A DNA stretch of 64,000 nt from Promethearchaeia archaeon (lineage in GTDB: Archaea > Asgardarchaeota > Lokiarchaeia > Sigyniarchaeales > SOKP01). The DNA lies in assembly GCA_029856145.1 (NCBI GenBank), contig JAHQWK010000022.1:61422-125421 (forward strand), written 5' to 3'. Shown piece after piece: positions 49,169 to 56,719 of this stretch; within the stretch, counting starts at the first letter, position 1; every line of letters begins with the position of its first letter. A program made the position numbers and the translations under genes. The notes below the pieces were generated by a model, which had not been told where the DNA came from, did no database searches, and saw only the letters and a list, made by a program, of their open reading frames with translations.

Positions 49169-51649
49169 ATGGATAAAGAAATTTTTAAATTTATTCCTGA
49201 TAAACGCATCTTACGGGTGTTATTTGAAGGGAAGATTTTTTCCTTACGGCAGATTCAAAAAGAAGCGATTAAAAAGGGACTATTCTTTCGTAAATCATTT
49301 TTAGTATGTGCTCCCTCAGGTAGTGGGAAAACTCTAATTGGTGAAGTATGTGCGATAAACAATGTGTTCCAAAAGTTTGGAAAGTCTATATATTTAGTAC
49401 CATATAAAGCCCTTGCCACAGAGAAGTATTCTCATTTTAAGAAAAGCTATAGTAGGTTTGGCGTGAAAGTAGAGCTTTCTATAGGGGATTATGATGTGGA
49501 TGACTCTAAGTTAGAAAAGGCAGATCTTATTGTCACTACCTATGAGAAATGCGACAGTATCCTAAGAAATTTCCATGATAAAGAGTGGATTTTCAATATT
49601 TCAACAATTATTATAGATGAGATTCATATCATCGCAGAATCTGATAGAGGTCCACGATTGGAATCGTTAGTTGTTCGACTTAATGAATTCCTTCATTATC
49701 CACAAATTATTGGACTTTCAGCCACCATCGCAAATCCAAAATTCTTTAATTCATGGCTTTCTTCACTTGGAAACCATACTACGCTTATCAAATCTGATGA
49801 TCGTCCTGTACCCCTTCATTATAAGATTGATATTACACAAAATAAGGACTCAACAATAAAAAGGTTAGTGAAAGCCACTTTAGAAAAAAATGGACAAGTG
49901 CTTATATTCGTAAATAGGAGGAAAGCAGCCCAAAAGTCGGCAGATAGTATAAAACGTATTGTTGAGAAATTTTTAGAAGAAAATGAACTGAACGTGTGTA
50001 AATCACTTGAAAAAAAGTTAAGTAATATTAAGGGAGGTCATCGTGACCTACGAAAAGTGATAAAACATGGTGTTGCGTTTCATCATGCGGGGCTACTTCC
50101 AAAAGAGAGAAAAGCAATTGAAGATAACTTTAGGAAGCGAATAATTAAAGTAATATGTTGTACAACCACGCTTTCAGCGGGTATAAACACACCCGCACGA
50201 TTAGTCATTCTAAAAGACTTCAAGAAGTATATAACATCTGGACATAATATCAAGAATTTCTCTGGATACCATGAAAACGGAGACGGTTTTTCTTATTTTA
50301 AATCGTTTTCTGGAAATGAAGTTTTTCAAATCCTTGGAAGAGCAGGACGCCCCGGACTTGATACCGTAGGGTATGGAATCATACTTGTAAAAGATATTGA
50401 AGAGAAAATGTGGGTTGAGGATCATTTTTTTCAAAACTATAATCTCGCTAAGACATTAATACCAAAATATAATGATTTGACTTCAGGATTAAATAAAATT
50501 AATACCCTTAAAGAACAGGTACTTCTTCGAATCTTCGAAGAGAATAGAATTACATTAGAAAAATTAAAAGAATTTTTTGAAAAAACCTATTTCTGGTATG
50601 GAATTAAAAATAAAATGAAAGAGCAACAAATTCCCATTGAACAACTTTTAATGATAAAAGAAATTACGCCTATTAACATATTAAAACTCCATTCTAATCC
50701 TGAACAAGTTAGTTCACTAAAAAAAAATATACTTCAAATTAAGCTTTCAAAATTTACCGAAGATAACATCTCTGGGTATGTGAAGACTGCCTATGGGGTG
50801 TATTACGGCCAATTCGATATTGAAACGGGAATCCAATGTACTTGTGGCTTTAAGAATGGCATTTCTGATAATTTTGCGAATGACGAGTTCTCATTTGAAT
50901 TTTGCAATCATATAAGTGCTTTTCTGGTCTATCTCATTCAGATTCCAGATATGAATTTTCAGAAATATGTAGATTCTATTATCCCTAAATCAGTAAAAAA
51001 TCAGTATATTCTTAATTACCTGTTTGAGAAAGGGTTGATAAAAAAGACTGAAGATGGGACTATTGAATGCTCTCAGTTTGGAAAGTTAATTATTCGCTTG
51101 TACTTATATCCCGTATCTGGAGTAATGATAAGATATAAGCTTGAAAATGTCGAAATTGATAGCTTCCAAGATCTTATCAAGGAATCTTATGACATTTTAA
51201 AGGCAGAATTTCGCGTAAAGGATTATAAGATGTTCCAGCCGATCCTTGAGTGGGCAGATGAGGAACCAATTGATCAGATATTAGAGAGATACAATATTAT
51301 GGCGGGAGATCTGTTTTCTGTAAGAGATAGTCTTGAACGTATCATTACATTTATAGGAATTATAGCCAGTAATTTAAGCACGCACGGTGTAGACTTGCAA
51401 GATAAGCTGACGAGAGTAGCTGAGATGAGCGAAACATTGAGGATTCGACTTCATTATGGGATCCGTGAAGAGTTATTTGATTTAGTTTTGAGGTTAAACG
51501 ATGTGGCTCGTGTGAGGGCAAGAATTTTATATAGAGCTGGGTATCATATTGCTTCACAAGTGAAAAGAGAGAGCCCTTATATTTTAAATCAAAAGACAGG
51601 TTTAGGAATTAATCTCTGTAAAAAGATCATTAAAGAAGAAAATAAGTGA
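49169..51649 (+). CDS. Hel308/Ski2-like SF2 DNA helicase with inserted SWIM-type zinc finger
   Basis: APSGSGKT, VPYKALA, DEIH, LSAT, FHHAGL, TTTLSAGINTPA, QILGRAGRPG; insert QCTCG...FCNHI; C-terminal VARVRARILYRAG HhH-like. Confidence 0.9.
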   Translation: MDKEIFKFIPDKRILRVLFEGKIFSLRQIQKEAIKKGLFFRKSFLVCAPSGSGKTLIGEVCAINNVFQKFGKSIYLVPYKALATEKYSHFKKSYSRFGVKVELSIGDYDVDDSKLEKADLIVTTYEKCDSILRNFHDKEWIFNISTIIIDEIHIIAESDRGPRLESLVVRLNEFLHYPQIIGLSATIANPKFFNSWLSSLGNHTTLIKSDDRPVPLHYKIDITQNKDSTIKRLVKATLEKNGQVLIFVNRRKAAQKSADSIKRIVEKFLEENELNVCKSLEKKLSNIKGGHRDLRKVIKHGVAFHHAGLLPKERKAIEDNFRKRIIKVICCTTTLSAGINTPARLVILKDFKKYITSGHNIKNFSGYHENGDGFSYFKSFSGNEVFQILGRAGRPGLDTVGYGIILVKDIEEKMWVEDHFFQNYNLAKTLIPKYNDLTSGLNKINTLKEQVLLRIFEENRITLEKLKEFFEKTYFWYGIKNKMKEQQIPIEQLLMIKEITPINILKLHSNPEQVSSLKKNILQIKLSKFTEDNISGYVKTAYGVYYGQFDIETGIQCTCGFKNGISDNFANDEFSFEFCNHISAFLVYLIQIPDMNFQKYVDSIIPKSVKNQYILNYLFEKGLIKKTEDGTIECSQFGKLIIRLYLYPVSGVMIRYKLENVEIDSFQDLIKESYDILKAEFRVKDYKMFQPILEWADEEPIDQILERYNIMAGDLFSVRDSLERIITFIGIIASNLSTHGVDLQDKLTRVAEMSETLRIRLHYGIREELFDLVLRLNDVARVRARILYRAGYHIASQVKRESPYILNQKTGLGINLCKKIIKEENK

Positions 51650-51653
51650 AAAT

Positions 51654-51917
51654 ATGAATTCTAAGACAGAAAAGAAGAACTCTATAAAGATCCAAGAATC
51701 AGACTCTCCAAATTTATCAAGTTTTAAAGAAGAATCTTCTCAAGTAATAGATGAGAATATCGAGAACTTGTGCGACGAGAACCTAACCACTCTTCAAAAA
51801 ATCCACTCGATCTTACTTAACTGTGTCAATCTTTCTAAAAAGCAAAAACTCGAGTTTTGTGAAAGTGAGAGATATTTTATGAAGCTTTACTTGAAAAAAT
51901 TAAAGAATAAAAGTTAA
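51654..51917 (+). CDS. Small hypothetical protein
   Basis: 87-aa ORF starting 4 nt after the helicase stop. Confidence 0.65.
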   Translation: MNSKTEKKNSIKIQESDSPNLSSFKEESSQVIDENIENLCDENLTTLQKIHSILLNCVNLSKKQKLEFCESERYFMKLYLKKLKNKS

Positions 51918-52020
51918 GATTAAGATCATGGTTTAACTCTCAGATGTTAATTGTTATTTTTATTTAAAAGATTTCCAGTTTTTCTTTCATATTTTTCCCT
52001 TCTCCCTTTTAATATTAATT

Positions 52021-52629
52021 TTATCTATCCATATTTTTCCTTACCTGAGAAAATCTTATTATTGAATATGAAAAAATAACTAGTTTAGAAATTAACGCAG
52101 TTAAATAATGAAATATACTTAATACACCTAATACATCAACCCAATCTCCTCCAAAATATAACAAAGATTGAAGAACATCTCTTAAATAGATGATATAAAA
52201 GTAGATTGAAGATATTGCAGAAGGTATTCCAATTAATGCGGCAAAAAATAGAATTATTGCTGATGTTTGAGATAATTTAAAACCAAACCAACTAAGAGCA
52301 TTATAAGTTGCATTCATGTTATGTTGAATTTCATTGCTGTCTTTTCTGGATTTAGCACATATATATAAAGTATAACAGAAAATAACTAAAATAATTACTC
52401 CTGTGATGATAAAGAAAATCTGCCTTGACACAATCTCGAAAGGCAATCCGAAATGAATATATGTAATAAGACTATTTATTGACAACCATAATATTGTGCC
52501 CTCTATTACTCCGATTAATGCCAAATAAAATAGAATAACTTTAGCTGTTTGGCTTAATTTAATGCCAAACCATCTAGTTTCATCTAATCTAGTTGTATTA
52601 TTAATTTTGATTTCGCTCATAAAAATCAA
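52021..52629 (-). CDS. Four-TM membrane protein built from an internal duplication
   Basis: WFGIKLSQTAKVILFYLALIG vs WFGFKLSQTSAIILFFAALIG; A-rich BRE-like GAAAAAG upstream. Confidence 0.8.
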   Translation of the reverse strand: MIFMSEIKINNTTRLDETRWFGIKLSQTAKVILFYLALIGVIEGTILWLSINSLITYIHFGLPFEIVSRQIFFIITGVIILVIFCYTLYICAKSRKDSNEIQHNMNATYNALSWFGFKLSQTSAIILFFAALIGIPSAISSIYFYIIYLRDVLQSLLYFGGDWVDVLGVLSIFHYLTALISKLVIFSYSIIRFSQVRKNMDR

Positions 52630-52790
52630 CTTTTTATATTTATTTTTCGGATATTATTTTTAAGTCTTTTTCTCAAACTGGAGTTTAAAATAATAAAAAT
52701 AAAAACTTCAATTCCATTCCAAAGGATTTTTTATATAAATAATTCGGTTTTCAATATAGATAAAAAATAATTTTAATAAAAGGTTTTATC

Positions 52791-53006
52791 ATGAGTTCTC
52801 AATCAGCAGAAAAAACGGAATTTATTCTCCTAAGTTTTGATACCTATAAAGAGGACTGCATAAATTTTAATAAGATTATAATCCCTTTTTCTAAGTTCGG
52901 CATATCTAAAAATCCAGTATATATTTATGAAGGCCTTGAAAAGGCTAAATTCAAAGAAAGACATCCTGTTTATAAATCGATTTTTTTAGATGAGTTTGCT
53001 GAATAA
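52791..53006 (+). CDS. Small protein, tandem paralogue 1
   Basis: IIIPFSKF...IYEGLEKAKFKERHPVY shared with the next ORF. Confidence 0.8.
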   Translation: MSSQSAEKTEFILLSFDTYKEDCINFNKIIIPFSKFGISKNPVYIYEGLEKAKFKERHPVYKSIFLDEFAE

Positions 53007-53049
53007 TTGAGATTAATTTAAGAAAAATCATAAAATCTCATATGACTAA

Positions 53050-53066
53050 ATATTTTTCTTTATATA
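53050..53066 (+). promoter_or_regulatory. T-tract/TATA promoter
   Basis: ATATTTTTC-TTTATATA, 38 nt before ATG 53104; could also serve as terminator of the upstream gene. Confidence 0.45.
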
Positions 53067-53103
53067 ATTTTGATTCTATCCTATATTAAAAGGTGAAAAG
53101 AAT

Positions 53104-53340
53104 ATGAGCTCAAAATCAACAGATAAAGAATATCAGAAAATACCAATTCAAGATTTAGAGGAACCTCTTAAATTAAAGAATATTATCATTCCTTTTTCTA
53201 AGTTTTCTAAATCTGAGAAATTTATCTATTATGGACATGAAAAAATCCCATTTCATGAAAGGCACCCTGTTTATCAAACTCTTTTGAAAAAAGAATTCAT
53301 AGAAGGGATTAAAGGTTTTATAAACAGATTTAAAAAATAG
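53104..53340 (+). CDS. Small protein, tandem paralogue 2
   Basis: IIIPFSKF...IYYGHEKIPFHERHPVY; AGGTGA upstream. Confidence 0.8.
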   Translation: MSSKSTDKEYQKIPIQDLEEPLKLKNIIIPFSKFSKSEKFIYYGHEKIPFHERHPVYQTLLKKEFIEGIKGFINRFKK

Positions 53341-53357
53341 TTAAAATCCATCTATTT

Positions 53358-53882
53358 TCATACCCTTATTTTATACGAATAATCACCATTTAAACGTATT
53401 AAGAATCCTTGTCTCTGTAGTCTTCTTGTTAACAATTTCACTTCTGATTGTGGAATCCCGTAGTTTTCTGCCATGATTTCAATAATATAGTAGGGAAAAG
53501 AGTTATGAGTTTCAGATAAACTATAAAGCATTTGTTTAAATTTCTCATAATAATCATCATCTTCAGAATCTAAATTTATGGCATTTTTCTGATACTTTAC
53601 TTTTCCAGCAATTTTAAAATCCCCCAAAGTTCTAAACTCTGGTTCTGAACCCAATTCTTTTATCGCAAGGTCATTCTGTTTTTTTTTTACTAATTCTACG
53701 GCATTGGATATACCCTTTATAATTTCACCACGATCTATTATTTTGCTGACTTTATGAGTATAACCACACCTAACGCATTTTTTAGACTTTTGAGTGATTT
53801 TCGTATAAATATATTGATGACATTTACTACAAGAAAATATTAAATAAGGAGTCTCATCTTTTTTCCATGTGATATCTTCCAT
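53358..53882 (-). CDS. DUF1922-like zinc-ribbon protein with C-terminal winged helix
   Basis: YLIFSCSKCHQYIY...KKCVRCG; C-terminal AENYGIPQSEVKLLTRRLQRQGFL; 3 nt downstream of the Hef-like gene. Confidence 0.75.
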   Translation of the reverse strand: MEDITWKKDETPYLIFSCSKCHQYIYTKITQKSKKCVRCGYTHKVSKIIDRGEIIKGISNAVELVKKKQNDLAIKELGSEPEFRTLGDFKIAGKVKYQKNAINLDSEDDDYYEKFKQMLYSLSETHNSFPYYIIEIMAENYGIPQSEVKLLTRRLQRQGFLIRLNGDYSYKIRV

Positions 53883-53885
53883 ACT

Positions 53886-56057
53886 TCATTTCTCCTCGTG
53901 TGGATTTTCTAAGATATTTTTTACGATAAAATACAATTCTTCTTCATTATCAATGGCTATTGCTTGAATGGTATGTTGCTTTGCGAATTCCTGCAATTTT
54001 CTTTTTAGTAATCGTTTTTCACCTTCTACAGTTTCAGTAAAATCTGTAAAATCAAAACTAATGATAAGAAGAGATGAAATTTGGCTAAAGTCATTAACTT
54101 CAGCAAGTAGGGATTCCGAATTGAAATCTTTAGGGTTATAGATTTGAATAAGGACTTTATTATGAATGACAATATGAAGATCAGAATCTTCGATAGCATA
54201 CGAAATTTTATCTGTTTGGAGCCTGTTTCTTATCCCGAACTTCATCGGTAAGAATTTACTCAGTTTAATAGGATAGGTTCTTTCTGTAGGTTTATCTTGG
54301 GGCGTTTCTTCTATAAAAGTATGGAGTTTCGATTGGGTTTGTCGTGTACCTACTTTTTTTCGAGGGATTTCTTCTATTTTAAGGGCGATTTTATGAACGG
54401 TTTCTCGAGTATCTTGACTTGGGGTAATAGGCGTTAGGAAAGGGACTTTATTTTTGTAGGAATCGTTTAATTGCTGTGGATTTTTGAGATTTACATTCAT
54501 CCTCTTTAATTTACTTAAAGCGATTTTAAGATATATCTCATCACGAGTATTTTTGCTGTATAATATTACCACTTTGCCTTCCCGATGCCGTGCGGTTCTT
54601 CCTTTTCTCTGAATCAATCGAATCTCAGAAGCTACCACATCGTAAAAAACTACTAAGTCACATTCACTAATATCTAACCCTTCTTCACCGACATTAGTAG
54701 AACACAACACGTTATATTGGCCTTTTTTAAACTGATCTAAGATCTCAATCTGTTGTTTTTGGGAAAGTCCTTTATCATCTTGGGACTTGGTTGCTTGTCC
54801 TACAAATCGCACCGGTCTTATTACGGATACAGTTTTCAGTTTTCTTACAATATTTTTGACTGAATTCCTAAGTTTAATAAATACCAAAATTCGAGATTCA
54901 GAAGTATTTTGTAATTCTTCTAATATGATTTTTAAGAGGACATGGTACTTAGGGTGGGTAAGATTTTCTGGGGAAAACTCTACGTTTCTTTTCAGCTCCA
55001 TGTAGATTCTATGTAAGCGCCCATCTGAGGCGAGAATCTTTGTAGCTTTTGAACTAGTTTTCTTTCTGGCATCTCTATGAAGCTTATTAAAATAATCCAG
55101 TAAAACATCTAATCCTTGCTGTTCAACTAATTCAAGCATATGAAATAAAATTAAGCCTTGAGCATTAATAGATAAGGCGCTATATACCCCCGTTTTATCA
55201 CCATCACTTTTTAGAAGCCGTACTAACTCTGCATTTAATCTTAGTAAATCTTTTCTGATAACCTTGTTATGTAATTGATCCCCCTGTGCTTCTAAAAAGT
55301 TCAACTGAGATAAATAATGAAGTCGTTCTTCTAATACCATAGTAATCACCTGATATATATCCTCCATGAGACTTGTAAGGTCCACTCCAATTTTGTAGAT
55401 ATCCATTGGTTTGAGATAGGTTTTTACATCACTATCTGTACGCGTTCTAATATGGATATTATCCATTGGAATATGTAAGTTTGTACAGAGCGCAGCAATT
55501 TTTTTCTTGGAAGCCCCAGGTGAAGCTGTTAATCCTAATATGATTCCATCAGGATTGTGATCAGTAAACTCATCTGCGATCATTGTATAAGGGTAGTCAC
55601 CTGTTGCATGATGTGCCTCATCAAATATTACTAATACAGTGTCTGTTAAGGTATATTTTCGATTTACTAAATCGTTTCGAAGCGTTTGGGGGGTATAGAA
55701 TAATATTTGATTTTGGCCAAAAATATCGATTCGATGTTCAGGAAGAATTTTCCCTGTTAAAATTGCAAATTTCTCTTCGTGAATCCCTAAAAATTTTAAG
55801 AATGTATGATAATGCTGGTTAATTAAAGGACGAGTGGGCGCAAGTACGATAATCTTGCTATTAGCCGGAAATCTTTCTAAGACTTTACTTGCAACTAATA
55901 CAGCAATTATGGTTTTTCCAAGACCCGTAGGGAGAACCACTAATGAATTTTTATCAATACATTCTTCAGCGATATGTAATTGGTATTTTCTTGCTTCTAG
56001 ACCTTTCGAATTTAACTCTGAAGTGGTGTCACTGGTAACTTCTTTTATCTCAGCCAT
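53886..56057 (-). CDS. Hef/FANCM/Mph1-like DEAH helicase with degenerate C-terminal ERCC4-like domain
   Basis: EARKYQ, LPTGLGKT, APTRPL, DEAHHA, LTASPG, RFVGQA, TNVGEEGLDI, IQRKGRTAR; tail SDLHIVIHNKVLIQIYNPKDF lacks the GDY...ERK catalytic motif. Confidence 0.92.
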   Translation of the reverse strand: MAEIKEVTSDTTSELNSKGLEARKYQLHIAEECIDKNSLVVLPTGLGKTIIAVLVASKVLERFPANSKIIVLAPTRPLINQHYHTFLKFLGIHEEKFAILTGKILPEHRIDIFGQNQILFYTPQTLRNDLVNRKYTLTDTVLVIFDEAHHATGDYPYTMIADEFTDHNPDGIILGLTASPGASKKKIAALCTNLHIPMDNIHIRTRTDSDVKTYLKPMDIYKIGVDLTSLMEDIYQVITMVLEERLHYLSQLNFLEAQGDQLHNKVIRKDLLRLNAELVRLLKSDGDKTGVYSALSINAQGLILFHMLELVEQQGLDVLLDYFNKLHRDARKKTSSKATKILASDGRLHRIYMELKRNVEFSPENLTHPKYHVLLKIILEELQNTSESRILVFIKLRNSVKNIVRKLKTVSVIRPVRFVGQATKSQDDKGLSQKQQIEILDQFKKGQYNVLCSTNVGEEGLDISECDLVVFYDVVASEIRLIQRKGRTARHREGKVVILYSKNTRDEIYLKIALSKLKRMNVNLKNPQQLNDSYKNKVPFLTPITPSQDTRETVHKIALKIEEIPRKKVGTRQTQSKLHTFIEETPQDKPTERTYPIKLSKFLPMKFGIRNRLQTDKISYAIEDSDLHIVIHNKVLIQIYNPKDFNSESLLAEVNDFSQISSLLIISFDFTDFTETVEGEKRLLKRKLQEFAKQHTIQAIAIDNEEELYFIVKNILENPHEEK

Positions 56058-56682
56058 CTCTCATCACCGTAATTGTATGATTGTCTATTGTTATTTTCTC
56101 AAGGGGTTTATTGCTTTTATTATAGGAAATAATCACCTCACCTAACTTTAGCCCTAGCTTAGAAGGATATACCATACCAGTTCCGTTCGATTCAAATAAA
56201 TATGGATGGATCTCTTTTAACTTCTTGACCTTCCCTAATAATTCTGAACCATTTCTCACAAGATCAAATCCCTTCCCTCTTTTTATATGCTTAAACACAT
56301 AAATAATATCATTTAATAGAGCTATATGAGAGGGGGAGATCTCAATAGTATCAGGAACTGCAGTCGTCTCATATTCATGCCTTTTTTCGGTAATAAGGTA
56401 CACATGATTGTCTGCGCGATATTTTTGAAGCTGGTATTTTTTAAACACATTTTCAAACTTCTCTTGAAAATTAAGCAATAGATAAATAATTTTATCAACT
56501 TCAGAATTAGGGATATTTAACAGTTGTGCTAACTTGCTGAAATTAAATTTTTTATCATAATGATCCTCGAACTTCCCTAAATAATCTACAATTTGATTCA
56601 AAACCCTAAGGATCTTTCGAAACTGCTCTTTATTATAATGAGTCGAATTGTTTGTATCTGAAGCTAATGTCATCAAATACAA
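56050..56682 (-). CDS. Hypothetical protein, probably winged-helix DNA-binding (start probably ATG 56673)
   Basis: FNFSKLAQLLNIPNSEVDKII HTH-like segment; YPSKLGLKL wing-type ending; overlaps the Hef-like start by 8 nt. Confidence 0.7.
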   Translation of the reverse strand: MYLMTLASDTNNSTHYNKEQFRKILRVLNQIVDYLGKFEDHYDKKFNFSKLAQLLNIPNSEVDKIIYLLLNFQEKFENVFKKYQLQKYRADNHVYLITEKRHEYETTAVPDTIEISPSHIALLNDIIYVFKHIKRGKGFDLVRNGSELLGKVKKLKEIHPYLFESNGTGMVYPSKLGLKLGEVIISYNKSNKPLEKITIDNHTITVMRDG

Positions 56683-56719
56683 TTAAAATAATAAGTAAAT
56701 AAAAAGAAAAAATTTGAAT

